From: Raillietiella orientalis
Taxonomy: Eukaryota
Direction of reading: 5' to 3'
DNA length: 64,000 nucleotides
Assembly: GCA_036172245.1 (NCBI GenBank)
Contig: JAYWIR010000027.1
Coordinates: 620,001 to 684,000, forward strand
Positions 51,160-63,900 of this stretch are shown here, piece by piece. How positions within the stretch are numbered: position 1 is the first letter of the stretch; each line of letters starts with the position of its first letter. The position numbers and the translations under genes are program-made. The notes beneath the pieces are model-generated. The model ran no database searches, was not told the origin of the DNA, and saw only the letters and a program-made list of their open reading frames with translations.

Positions 51160-53845
51160 CATTTATTTAAAACTCTTCTATACATTTGTGGTACAAGACC
51201 CCACTACGCCAGCGCATCATGGGACCTGCCGGGTCGCAGGTACGCAGACCGACTCGACTCTCCTCGGCAGCGGAGGGGGATGGGAAAAACACAAAAAGAA
51301 AAATAAAACAAAAATTAAAAAAAAGAAACAATTTGGAGGGCTGGCAAGGGATCACTGTTCGCTGTGGGGAGTGGCCATCCTTTGCAGGATGCTGTCAAGG
51401 TCCATCTGTATGCTTCTCAAGTGGGGCCATCTGGTCGCAATCCGCAGGAAGAGAACTGCAAATTCGATGGCGTCCCTTTCGTTGTTTCCTCCGTCCTTTC
51501 ATGGGGGAGAGGGGGTCAAGGAAGAGGGACCCTCAAGGCGAAGCGCTGCCAGGTGCGGCACCCTCCCAGAGCGGGCACACCTGGGGGCTCAGCAGCTTCG
51601 CGCACGCGTGTCCCCCATGCCGGAAGGCACCGGTGCCCGTTGCGCGGGAAACCCCGGCTCAAGAGAAGCACCGGCGCGCATGCCTGCGGACACTCCCGGG
51701 ACGTAGGGAAGGAGGGCGGGTGCAGCGAGACGAAGCGCCCGGGGTGCCGTCCGGCGGGGCGCGCGCGTCCCCACGTGGGCATTTCCCCGAGGAAGGGGAG
51801 GTCTCCTACCCGGAGGTCCCCTCCCGCTGCAGGGAGAAAGCGAGGGCGCCTGACGAGAAATGAGCGGCTCCGGGGTGGGCGGGTTGTCCTGGAGACGCAA
51901 GCATCCGGGGCGCCGATCGCTTCCTGCCGCCTCGTGCCTTGCAGCGCATGCGGAGACTGATGGAAGCTGACCGGAGGGGCGCCCGAGGACCGAAGGGCCC
52001 ATCGGTCGCGCGTCCGGGGAGCGTCGAAGCCTCCCGCTCTTTCCGCGGAGGCACCTCCCTCTCGCACACCCGCAAGCACGCCTTCGTGCGTTCCTGGCCC
52101 TCCCGTTCGGAGCGACGGCCGATGGCGCTCGTTCGCAGTGGCAGGGTTCGCGGGCTGCGTTCCGACAGCGGTGATTTCCCCTCCCCGGGGTCTCCGTTCG
52201 ACGCGCAGACCCTGAGGCAATGACGCCGCCCTTTGCCGTCGCCCCCTTTTCGTCGCCGGGCGCGTCTTGCAGACGACGGAGGAGGGCGTCGCTCATCCGG
52301 AGGAGAACGCGGCGGAGAGTAGGGGGCACGAATGGGCAGGGGCGAGCCGAGGATCTCATCCAGAGGTGCAGCTTTCGAGTCAGCGCTCGAAGGAGGAAGG
52401 GAAACCACCCTCCACCCCGATCCAGCGGTGGCGTGGATCGTCGCGGACCATATGCGAGGGAGGTCGACGACCTCCGCGTTTGGCGGCCCGAACCTCCCGA
52501 CGGCCTGAAGGAACGAAGGACCGGAGTCCTCCGCGTCGGAAGTCCCTCACGCGGCACGAGGTCATGGCCACGAGAAGGGGGGAGGGGGGGGTGGAACGGC
52601 AGCGCCTCTTTCCCCCCGTCACCTCTTTCCCCTGGGGGATCGCCACGAAATGGCAGACCCCGAAGCCACGCTGGCCGCACAGGAGGGCACTCGCTGTAAG
52701 AAAGGGAGTGTGCGCGAGGCGGTTGGATCCCCAGCACAGAGGGAAACGCGGGAGAGGGAGGCGCTGGCGGCGATGCTTCCGAGGTGGCGGCGACGAAAGG
52801 ATGGAGAACGGATTTTTCCGTCCCCCTTCTCGAGGGCGGAGCGACCTGAGATCGCTCGTCCCTCATGCAGGATGGGACGCCTGGGGGGGAAGGCTACAAC
52901 CTCGCAGCGGTGCTGCTTGGGCGCGTGAGACTGGCGCAGCTCGCGCCGACGGGAGATCGCAGCCGGGGATCGGGAGGGGGTGGAGGGATTTCGTCCGCAG
53001 CTACGTCTCGGCAGTCGAACTGCACTATGGACATCCGGCGGTCTGTAGAGGAATTCCCGGTCATCTTCCCCGAATGTGGTCAGGGTGGCCGCGTTCGGTC
53101 TTCGGCTGTGCACTTCTTGGTCGCGGGTGGTGAACTATCCAGTGCTTCCAGCGTATTCCCCGGGTCACGCGATTGCTAAGCTAACGCGGAATATATGGTG
53201 ACACCCGAAGGTTTTCACACATCGCCAGGGGGGAGGGAAAGGACGTCTCCATAGCGGCGACAGCCCGCAAGAGCTGGAAGCTCCAAGGGCGCACCCGGAC
53301 CTGACCCTGAAGGGATTTTTTCCCACCCTGGCTCCCTGTCCACCTCCTCTCCCCGTCCGCTGGGAAGACGCCCACGTCCGCGCCGGCCGATGTCGGTCCT
53401 TGTCTTCACCGGAGGACGTCGCCGCCACCCGCGGGTCCAACCCGTGCCATCGCACGCACGCACCACGGCTATATTGGATACTGGGGGCAGCCTCGTACGT
53501 CCAGGAGGGCCTCTGTTCCTCCCCCCAGAGCGGCGCCGGTCGAGTCCACGGAGGCGTGGGTCTTGAAGGCGGCCATCTCCCTGCTCCCTCCGCCTGGTGG
53601 ACCTGTGTTTCCGAGTGCGCGCGAGGAAGTGCCGTGGGGCGCCTCACCCCAAACCGGGCGTCTTCTGCCCTGCGACTTCGGTGTGAGAGGGCGGATGGTT
53701 CCGACTGCACCGCCCTGGGGTGAGGAAGGAAGCGGCTAGGGCTTCCGCGGTGGTCACGCGACCATCGGTCCCCGGTCCCTGTGGTCTCCCGCAATGAGAT
53801 GCCGTGCCGGCTGTACTGGAGATGACTTGATACCCGGCCACGCCT
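51160..53845 (-). mobile_element. L1/Tx1-type LINE relic with RT region and 3' UTR
   Basis: 'QKTPGLG' (cf. KTPGxDG), 'RVRSGCAL' (cf. GVRQGCPL), 'ALTRKLHLW'; 3' UTR 51160-51480 is homologous to 53851-54180. Confidence 0.6.
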
Positions 53846-53850
53846 GGGCA

Positions 53851-54655
53851 TTTATTTATTAAAAATAAACATACAGGTCAGTGGCAGGACGCTTGGTCCA
53901 GACAGTTACAAATGCAACCATGGCAACCTGCCGAGAACCGGTACCCAGGCCGGCGAGGTTCGCCTCGGCAGCAGAGGGAGAGGAGGCAAACAGAAATAAA
54001 AATAAAACAAAAAAAATATTCGAAAAAAAATTGGGAGGGTTCGCAAAGGGATCACCGGCTGCTGGAAGGCTTCGTCTGCATCCTTGCAAGGATGCCGGCA
54101 AGTTCCTGTTTTAGGATCCTCAGATGGGGTCATCTTGACGCTGTCCTCAGGAAGAGGACTGCCAAATAGATGGCGTCTCTCTCGTCCTGGCCTCCTCTGG
54201 CGTTGCTCCACGCAGCTACGGTCCCGCTGCCTAGGCAGCGAAGTGCTACTAGGAATGCGGCTTCTGGAGTGAGAGTCGCAGGAAGAGACGCTTCAGAACG
54301 ACTCTGGGGTTGACCTCGGGGATCCTCAGGGACACGGCAAAATGCTCCCACAGGGGACGGAGGGCAACACAATCCATAAGTTAATGAGGGAGGGACCCTC
54401 TTTCTCCTCAACTGCCGTAGTTCGGGTTCGCAATCCCCCAGGTCCAATGGTGTCGGCGGACGTTGCACGGGAGGCCCCAATGCAACAGCAGGATCGCCGA
54501 CTCCTGCCATTACAAGGGGAGGGCAGCATTGTTCCAGCACGCTGGGACCACTTCACATCCTCCGGAGGAATTCTTAGCAGCTCGCCCCTGCGTGGAGGCA
54601 GGATGTCCTTTTGGAGGGGTACTCGGGGTCGCGGCGTCCGACCACTGGTCGAGTT
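53851..54655 (-). mobile_element. L1/Tx1-type LINE 3' end (zf-RVT/CCHC region plus 3' UTR), 5'-truncated
   Basis: Minus frame 'WQESAILLLHWGLPCNVRRH..NPNYGS*GERGSLPH*LMDCVALRPLWEH' is a decayed zinc-knuckle region; ends in AATAAATAAAT. Confidence 0.7.
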
Positions 54656-56357
54656 TAGAGTAATTTTTTTAATAAATAGTAATTAGAAGTTTTAATAAAG
54701 ATGGCGTGGGCAGACTTCTCGCCTGCTTGCCTCTCCCCCATCTCCTTGCAGCTGCTTGCCGAAAGACACCGGTCGCCAGAGGCCATCTGGAGCGCCGCGG
54801 ACGTCCGTCCCGCACGCGAAGAGTGCCTGCCTCGCCAACATCCACGGGCCTTGTACGCCATGCCATTTTTCTGGAGCGTTCCCGAAATCTTCCCACCTGG
54901 AAATTCACCGCCTCCACGCCCTCAGGCGAGGCGGAGACCTCCCTCTCGGCCGCGGAGGAGCGTTGAGCGGGGACGCGGTCGGGCCCCTGCATCCGCGGCA
55001 TCGGAGTAGCTCGCCTTGCGACGGGGCGGAGGGACCACCCTCTAGCCGTCTCCACGCGACGGACAGAGGGCAGCCGACCCTGCCTGTACGGGACACGACG
55101 TGAGGTCACCACTTCTCCCGCGCCGTGCGGCATCGCAGGACCGAAAGGACTACCGGCGACCCTTTCCTTCCCCCCACTATCGCCCCCTCCCCTTCGCAAC
55201 CCAGAGCTCCCCCGCGAAGCAGCTGTCCCATGGGCGGGTGCCCCTCGCGTGGCCCGCCGCCGCCCGTCTTCTTCTCTCGGATGAACGTTCTGGAGTGACC
55301 TCCGCATCTCGGATTGCCGCACTGCTTCCCCAAAACGAGGAAACGGGAATCCGCGCGGCGGGGGAGAGGACGGATGGCCCCGGAGCAGGAGGGACTGCCC
55401 GCGGGAAGCGAAGAGGAGGGGAAGGGAGGGGGAGAACCAGGCATAGGAGAAAGGGAGGGGAAAGGGGCTTGCAGGGAAAGGGAAGAAATGGGGAAGGACC
55501 GGCCTACTTTTCGTCGGCCCGCGCGGTTCGCGGTTCTCGAGACCGTGGGTCGGGTCACAGATACGGTTCCCGAGGGAATAATAAGGGCGGGCGATGGACG
55601 GTCCCGCCGACCGCCTTCCTCCGCGGGGGAACCCTCGGACGCAGTCGTCTGAGGGCTCCCTCGCTCCCCATCTGGACAGCTCTTCGGCCTCTCACGTGCC
55701 GACGGTGGCTCCGCGGGACGGCGACCGCACGCCTCCTCCGTTCGGGCAGTCGCGGGCGGTGGGGAATCGCCCGTAGGGGAGTGGACACTCCCTCGAGCGG
55801 GTCGCGCGGGGCAGCGTGGAGCGACCGGGGTGCCTTGGTGACGTGCTGGCGCAGCCCTCTGCGTGCAGGGAACCGGGGCAGCAGGGTTGCCACCTCCCCG
55901 TAGCGGTTGGCACCACGCGGGAGATCTTTCCCCCGCGGAGGTGTGGCGGTGGTGGTGGCGGTCGCCAGTTGCCCGTTCCAGGGGAGGCCGTCCCACGCGT
56001 TCCCTAGCGAGGAGGTGGCCTGCTGGCGCCAGAAGACGGCAGGAAGCCCATGAGGAAGCCCGGCATACCGACGTCCCCACGGGCAGTTCCCGGAAACGCG
56101 ACCCACACAGCTGCAGTCCCTGAGCGAGGTCTTCGGGCGACGCGCCCCTGGAGGGAGGCTCCTGTGTGATGGCCTCGAAAAATCTAAGTCCTTCTGGATC
56201 GGAATCACCGCCGTGCTGGTCAATCCGTTTCTCTATTTTCCCCATCCACCGGTCCTCGCTCCGCTTTCCTCGCTGGCTTCGCCGCTCTTCCCCGGCTGAG
56301 GAGCGGTCGGCCCCTTTGATTTCCGTGCGGGTCATGCCGGCCCCTTGATCGTTGCAC

Positions 56358-57160
56358 AAATTTTATTGGTTGATTTTAATCGAATGGCTTGGCAATCCTG
56401 GCTTAAAAGGTCACTCCAGTTTTATTGAGTGCCTGCCATAAAGACCCAGGCGAAAAGAGCTCGAGGAATGATAGAGCTGGGTATGCGCGCCCTACGTGGG
56501 TTCCAGCTGCCCAGAAGAGTCTGACGGCTCTGGGTTGACTGCGAGGGACGGGATGAAGAACGGATAGCAAAAATAAAAATAAAAATGAGGTCAACCTTGT
56601 GGAGGTAGGAGGGGTGGTAACCTATGATTTCCGTGTCTCCCTGTATTCTGGGGTTGGCTAGGAGTGATCCTTCCAGTCAGGGCGTTCTCTCCTCCCTCCT
56701 AAGCTCGACGGCAAGCCGGGAGATGGCACTCTTGCCTTGCCGCGCAGGGTCCCTTGCGCCGCGCACGCATTGTTGCGCAGTCCCTGCTGCAGGCGGCGAG
56801 TCCGTGGCCCTGGTAGCGCCCCCTGCCGGCGCGAGGCTGCTGCTTCCAGGGTTGGCGTTCCTGCACTGCGGAGGACACTGCGGTCCGGCAGCGGTTGCGT
56901 GGGCAAATCGACCCGCCCGCACCGGGCGCAGTCCGTGGGGCCTCGCTCCCTCCATTCCGTCCCGGTTGGGCGTCGCGCGGGAGGACCCCGAGTGCACGAG
57001 GCTGAAGGACCACCGTCCTCTGCGGCCTGAGGAAGGAGGGAGGAGGGGGAGATGGGGGGATGCTCGTCGGAAGCCCCTTCCAGAGTGGCACGTCCCTGAA
57101 ACGGACCCTCGAAGCCGGAAGGTGACTCCGGGAGCCTTACGAGTAATACAAAGTTGTAAT
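56358..57160 (-). mobile_element. L1/Tx1-type LINE 3' end
   Basis: 'WSFSLVH/GVLP...PTDCARCGRVD' zinc-knuckle-like; T-rich 3' UTR and AATAAA at ~56360 on the minus strand. Confidence 0.55.
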
Positions 57161-59559
57161 ACAAAGTAGCTCACTTCACGAGGCCGGAGAGGAGAGAGGT
57201 CGCCGCACGCAAAATTCCCGAGGGCCCGCGGGTGGAGTCTCCTGGCGGAGGAGTCCCGAACCTTCCACGCCCAGACCGAGCGGCGTCCGCTCGCTTCCTC
57301 TGAGGGCTCGGGAGCCCACCCGAGGCTGCTGCTGCGGTGGGGTTCCTGCGGCTCTGCACGCAGGACCGCGCGGCCGGCGGCGCCACACGGAGGACAGCGC
57401 CTGGAGCCGGCGACGGAGGGAGGGGCGGTCCGCGGCAGCCGCGACTGGCAACCCTCGACTCCGAAGGTCGCGAAGCTGCCGACCACGGTCGTGAGGCGGG
57501 GAGGCGGCGCTGGTCCAAAGCTCGCAATCATCCCATCCGTCCCAGCAACACGCGCATCCCCGTCTCCAGCAGCAACGACCGATTTCGTCACGCTGCAGGT
57601 CGTCCGGAAGACCTGTAGTCGGAAGACGAGGTCCGGTCGAGGGCTTTTCAGCTTCTTCGCTGATGGTTCCCTACCTTTGCAGGAAGAGGGCAGGGCTCTC
57701 TACCTCCCTGGTTGGGACGAGGGAGGAGTGCCCCTGCTCACTGCAAAGCTAGGCAGGGACCTGATCCGCGACATCTCAGCTGCTGCCACCTCCGCCTCCT
57801 GTTACTCCCCTCTTTCCAAAGAGAGCCGGCCCGTTCAGGGAAGTCGGTCGCTTGGCAGCTCCGACTTCTGCCTAGCGATGGCCCCAGCCGTGATGGTGCT
57901 TCCTCCCATCATCCCTGCGGACATATTCCCGCGGGAAGCAGGTGACCGGCAAACCAGGAGGGAACGCGGTGTACACCGTGACGCGCCGGGCTGTGGTCTC
58001 CAGTCGATTCCTTCGGCCCATGGTTGCGCGGAAGCGCACCCTCAACATCCTTTGAAGGCTCTCGCATGCTGCAGTGGCACAAAGGCAGGGGAAGCAGCGC
58101 CCCACAAAAGCAGAGACGGTCAAACGGGACTCCCGAACACGCCTGTCGTCGTTGCAGCGAAGCCAGGACGACGATTCCTTCCCGCCTTCCTCGCTGCTGG
58201 TGAGCCATGCAGGAGCCACCATTGCTCGGGAGTTTTTTTCCCTCACCTTCGGAAGGTCCCTGTTCGGGGAAGATGACGAACCGACAAGCGGAGGCAGGAT
58301 CAAAGATTCGCGTAGACATCTCTGCGCAAGAAACCACCTCCCTCGCTTCGACCGAAGCGTCCCCGGGTGGCTGCGTGAGCTTCCCACTCCGAGATCGTCT
58401 TTTCCCCTCGAATAAGGGTTCCCGCCTGAGCCTTAGCATGACTCTTGCTTCCCTCCCCCCTCCCCGCAGCCAGCGTGTGCGACCCCTACGTCACATCGCG
58501 AGTTCACTTTTTCCCTGCAGGAGCACGGTTCCCCACAGAGAAGATTGTTGCACTTGGTTGGGTGGTGGAGACCAGTCCCAGAAGAATCCACAGGTAAATT
58601 CCTTTCTGTTCGCGTTTCGGTTTGTTTGTTTCTCGTGGAAGTTGTCGTGAAACAGCGACTCTTCGGTGAGAACGGCAGATTTTCACACAGAGCACCTGCC
58701 AAAGGAAACTTTTGTTTCCGCTCTCGGGGGAGCTCCGCAAGGAATACGCGTGAAAAGACAAGAAGAAATAACGATCCCGGTGCCCTGGCAACCCTGCGAC
58801 GCCAAGCCGGACGGTGGAATCGCGCTCGCCGGGAACCTCGCTAGTCCGGGCCGGTGACGCAAAGGGTGCGCGCCCGACTGCTAACGCGCACTCGCAGTCG
58901 CGCTTTGAACGCGTGCAGCGACGTCCCGCCCGAGCCCGGCCCGAGCACGGGCGTGCAGCGCAGCAGTTGTGTTTGTGTACATTGCAAATGCGTCGTTAGA
59001 CATCGCGCGTACATCATCGACGACGCACATCAGTGCGTTCGGCTTTAGGAGCTTCGCGAGAGTGGGCTGGTGGATGCGCAAGGATGGGCGGGAACCAAAT
59101 CATTTTTTCTTTCGCCGCTCGTGTGGCGAACACCTTCACATCTTCCCTACTTTTGCCGTTTCCGCTGCGTTGCATTTCAGCTGACAATTTCGTCTTTAAC
59201 TTGACCTAGTTTTTCCCTTTTTTTTTTTTTAAAAAAAAAAGGGAAAAATCATAAATGTCTCTTATTTAATTTGCTCGATTGCTCAGTAGCAAGAAGGGTC
59301 TCTTCGAAGCGTCTAATTTCGTGCCTTTGACACCAGAGATAAAAGCTTTTGCGTGGATATTGCAGGAGCTTCTAGGAAGTTCTCATCAGCGGCGATGTGC
59401 ACCTGCATGCGCTATTAGCCATCGCACAGCCTGTCGTTTCCTTTTTTTTTTTTTTTTTCCTGTAATTTACCGAGGTGCGAGCCGAAGCGGCGGAGCGTCC
59501 TTGGCAACCGCACAGCTCGCAAACCCCGCATTGTTGCAAGTCGGTTACCCAAGCACTTT

Positions 59560-59638
59560 CGCAACAATGTGCGCCAGAAATAGGCGAGGCGAGGAGCGCC
59601 GCGCAACAATGTGCTCCGGAAATAGGCGAGGCGAGGAG
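59560..59638. repeat. 42-bp tandem repeat, two units
   Basis: CGCAACAATGTGC.CC.GAAATAGGCGAGGCGAGGAG at 59560 and 59602. Confidence 0.9.
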
Positions 59639-61042
59639 AAGCGTCGGGCACGGGTCGGTCCCGCAGGGCACCGCGAAGTGGGGAGGGATCCGAGCGGAAA
59701 ATTTCGAAACTTTCCCCGCACCGCGTGCCGCCGCAGTGAGCGCGCACTTGAGCGGATGCGGGTAGTCGAGGGAGATGGAAGGGCGCGCAACTTGGCGATA
59801 GAAGCGCACGCCGGGTCAGCACTTTCAGGCAAACGAACGTGCCCTTGTTGACCTATCGCGAAAGCCCCCCCCCCCCCCTCCCTCCCTCCAATTTCTGCAG
59901 CCTCCGACACGCGGGAATCAGCCTTGCGCGCAGCGCTCACGCAAAGCGCGCGCAATCCTCGCGCCCTCCCTCTCCCCCGCCTTCTCCCCCGCCTCTGCGC
60001 GCCTGTACGGAGCAGAGCACGCCGTCGTCGTCGTCGCCGTCGTCACCATGAACGTTAAGACGGATGCGCGGACGGTGCACGTGCGTCGTCACTTTGCCAC
60101 AGCGCAACACAGCACGTGTCCCTTATTCCAACGAAGAGTGCCAGTAGCTCTCCTGGAATCAACACTTGCCAGCCGCCGCTTCCCGATCACGACGCAGGTG
60201 TGCGCAACTAGCAGGGGAAGAGACTCTCTTGGAGTCCTCACGTTCGAGCGAGCCCAGTTTGACGAATTTAAGGATAGGAAGCGGTAGCAACAGTACGGGG
60301 ACTCGGACACCTCCCTCCTCCGCCTTGCCGCCAGCAATCGTTTTGTTGCTGCTGGTGCTTACTACGGAGACCCCTTCCTCTCACTGAGGAAAGGAAGGTG
60401 GCAAATTCTCGGATTTTTTTTTTTTTTTTTCTTGGCACAGAGCATGCGGCAAGCGGTGGGTAGTTTGAGGACAAGAGATAAGCCTCCAACGAGCGCCACT
60501 ACTTTTCATTACAAACCCAGCTAGCTGCCCCAAGTCTCCGTTTCCAGAGCCCTGGGAGCGAACTCGGCAGCAGCTTGCCTCCTCTTCCCTTCCCTTCCAC
60601 AGACTCCGAACCCCTGGTACTCTTCCAGGCGCTCGCATCTTTCGAATTCCAGCCATCTGGCGCGTCCCTCGAGCTCTTTGCCGCTCTTTGTCAGACCTCG
60701 TGACGAAGACCCTCCTCGATCGCGCCCTCAAGCGCCAGGGAGCCGTCCGTCCCGTGCCTCCTCCCCCATCCCCGTGCCAGGATTCTCCGCGGAGAGCTCG
60801 CGTCGCTTCTGGAGCAGCCCCTGCTGTCGGCTTACCCTGCTCTGATCTGACGCGGAATGCAGGAGTGCTTTCGTTCCTTCCCCCAGCCCTCCGGTGCAAG
60901 GATCAAGTGCGCCGGAGCGACCCCCTAGAACTGCAAGGATGCGAACCGCTGACTCCAATGAAAACCGTGCGTCATCAGTTTCTTTTTGCACGAAATATAT
61001 ATATATATATATAAACTCACGGCCTCATATAATATATAAACA

Positions 61043-61080
61043 CTGGCCTCTCCGGGAATCAGGATTCCCGGAGAGGCCAG
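61043..61080. repeat. Perfect 18-bp inverted repeat (hairpin) with 2-nt spacer
   Basis: CTGGCCTCTCCGGGAATC-AG-GATTCCCGGAGAGGCCAG. Confidence 0.95.
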
Positions 61081-61099
61081 CAATTGAAGTTATTTGAGT

Positions 61100-62560
61100 T
61101 AAGGCGCGCAGTGGCCCCACCTGTCTTCTGCCTCAAGACCATCCACAGTCTTCCTTCTCGAAGCTCTAATGCTTCTGCATTCTGTTCCAAAACCCAGCTT
61201 CCCAATCTTTCTACCTCCTCCCGCCTTCTGTTGAATGCTCCGTTCTTCCTCCAGGCGGGAGCAACTTTCTCCCAGAAGGAAGCGGGAGATGGGGAGGAAC
61301 GAGCACATCCTCCACTGTTTCCCCAACCGTTCCTTGGAAACGCACCCCAAGCAGAGGCGCTGCAGCGCGCTGCCACCGGTGGTGACTCCTCCTTCATGCT
61401 GCGCCACCACCTCAGACGGAGCATAACGGAGAGGAGCGTTTTGTTTGGAGCCAAAGGACATGCGGCACCAAAAAGAAAAGAACTGTCCTGGCCTTCTGGA
61501 GGACTCCGAAAAAAATCATTCGGGCCCCGGCTGTAGTTGATGCACACGAGTTGTGCTGCTGATACCGTCGCCGCAGAGTTCGCCGTCGCCCTCCCTCTCC
61601 CAGATCCCGGACTCCGCCTTCAGAAAATCGCTTTAGCGACGTGCTTTCCTGTGCGCCTGACAACTGCTGCAGATGTAGATTGAGGCGGTCCCTACTTTGT
61701 TTACTCTTCGGCCGGAGTGCAGGCAGAACTCAGAGATCGACCAGTCGACGCATGGCGGCGCGGCTCAGCTTCCTCTTTCCCGTTATGAGCTGCGCCCACG
61801 GTAACGTCGCAGGCAGCACGCATCAGAGGAGCATGTGGCATGGGAAGGATCTCACACTCACCCTGAGTCACACTGTATCTACAGTCAGCCTCTGATCTCA
61901 CGGAATCACGACGAGATGGCAGCACGTATCCAAAAGGCTACTCGAAGGAACTCGTGGCCTGCAACCAGCCCGTACCAGACGCCAATTTCCTGCTCGGAGC
62001 CGATTCTGAGCTGCAAGAAAAGGGAGGGATTGTCCTCCTGGATACCTGTCGCCCCTTCGAAAGTTCCCTGGAGGGTTTGGGAGAGGCCAGGCGAAGGGAG
62101 GGAAGAAAATGGAAGCAACTGGTGCTCCATTTTTCTCCCGAAGGAATCCTTCTGGAGTCCACGGGAGCATCCGCCTTAGGATCCTTGGAATTCTGGAACC
62201 TGGGAAGCTGTCTGGTGTTTAAGAGAGCTCAAGCTCCTACGGCACCGGGTGCAAGTCATCAGGGAGGAGATGATGGCTTCCATCATCCAGTTCTCCGGTG
62301 AGATCTTTCGGAGCCACAGTCTGGGAAATCAGAAGCTGTGAAACAGGAGCAGTGCCCTCTGCCGGTCGATGGAATACACGAGAGCGCTGGAGATGCTGGT
62401 GAATCTCTCCTGGCAACCGAGAAAGTCTCCTCCTCTACCCCAGAGTCCAACCTCCGACCCTGGGAATCTCATCTTCGACAGTGCCGCACGGATGCATGCA
62501 CGGAAAGAGACTCTCAAGGATCTGTGGGGGCAAAGGCTTCATAAGTTGGGAAGCTCTGGC
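61100..62560 (+). mobile_element. L1/Tx1-type LINE ORF2 relic (plus strand)
   Basis: Ordered motifs 'QRSMWHGKDLTL', 'ARIQKATRRNSW', 'EKGGIVLLD' (cf. KLxxWxxKxLS, IQKxxRxFLW, GGLGLxD). Confidence 0.55.
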
Positions 62561-62569
62561 TTCCATCTA

Positions 62570-63900
62570 ACGGCTGTATAAGAAAGAAATTTTGACAAGG
62601 ATGCAGCCACTGCTAGCGAATGACAGCAGACAAAACAAGGGCGCAGAGCTTATGGCACGGGGTTTTTCTGGATGCCCCCAGCAAACAAACAAACAAAAAA
62701 CAGAATCCGTAGCTAGCGTTAAGAATGCGCTCCAGCAGCAGAAGGCAGAACTCTTGACGGAGGCACTCAGTCTGAGCTTCCAAAGCAAAGATCAGAAAAC
62801 AATAGTGGCTTCTCGGAGGAAGAGGCGAATGCGAGGAGCATGGTAGCGAAAAGAACGGATCCCTCCTGTAGGGGGGGATCCGTCGTCCATCGCCACAAAC
62901 GAAACGAGACCGGATTTCGGAGCACAGGAACATCCTAAGGGTGTAAAGAGAACTGTGCGCAGAAGTATGGAGACCTCCAAACAAGGGACTAAGTAAAGGA
63001 TGGAAGAAGAAGACAGACGGAGCGAGGGGGGGGGAGAGGGAACTGGGAAAGGGGAGCACTCGAACCAGCAACCTAGTGAACCCGTGATTGAAATCCACGA
63101 GTGCCTGGAGAGGATCACGCAAAAAGAGATTCTCCGAGATGGAGTTTCTTAAGAGCAGTGCGAAGGACGTTGCCGCTGCTGACGGACAGAATCCCTTGCG
63201 AGCTGCAAAGAGATGCATACAAAATTCCGAAGACTTCCTTGTTGTCAGATCTGGAAGGGAGCAAGTTGGCACCAGTGCCAGGTTGCGAAAGTACTGTGAA
63301 CAGAAATGTATTTGCGACGCCCGTTGTCTGGAGACGGTGATCGTGAAGTGAACCTGCAAACCGTGGGGGATGGTCGCATGGTCACCCATCCTCGTGCATT
63401 GCCGAGGCACCGGAAGAAAAAGGAAGTGTCCATTCGTGCTGGGCTGGAAGGTGTCTGCGTCTTTCAAAGGATACGGTAGCAGATGTTGCAGGAATTGATG
63501 CGCAAGTGGAAATTTCGAAGTGCACCTTCGGTGGAACCATTCTTGGAGATGGAAATGTATTTGAAGTGCTGGAAATCCTCTTGGAAGATGGTGGATGCTG
63601 GCCATCTGTTTCAAACCTTCCCATCAATTCAACTTCAACCATCCTCTTGAGCCACAATTGGGATTCACTTGTCATGGCTTGCTTGCTCCATAGCCGAACA
63701 AAAATGAAAGAGGAAACTCTTGCAGTCACGCTCTCCCGATTACAAAAGAACACTCTATGGCTCTTTGGAATCAATAAGTTTGAAAGGAGTAAGAGGTGGC
63801 TGTACGCTTACCATTCTGTACACTACCTCATCCCTCTCTTTAAACCACTCATACTCCACCTTTCTTCTTCTCGGGCCTCATACATAAGTTTGCAACATCA
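62570..63900 (-). mobile_element. Degenerate DIRS-like relic (RNase H, MT and YR regions)
   Basis: Minus frames in order: 'ESVTARVSSFI', 'SIHHLPRG..QEWF' (cf. HIPG..EW), 'GNARGW..PSP..HWCQL' (MT-like), 'GGLHTS', 'SAFLTLAT' (YR-like). Confidence 0.45.

Noticed and set aside
57700..58500. Further minus-strand LINE RT relic ('IDW', 'LNG..SLERGV')
   Set aside because: Plausible but too degraded to list as a feature.
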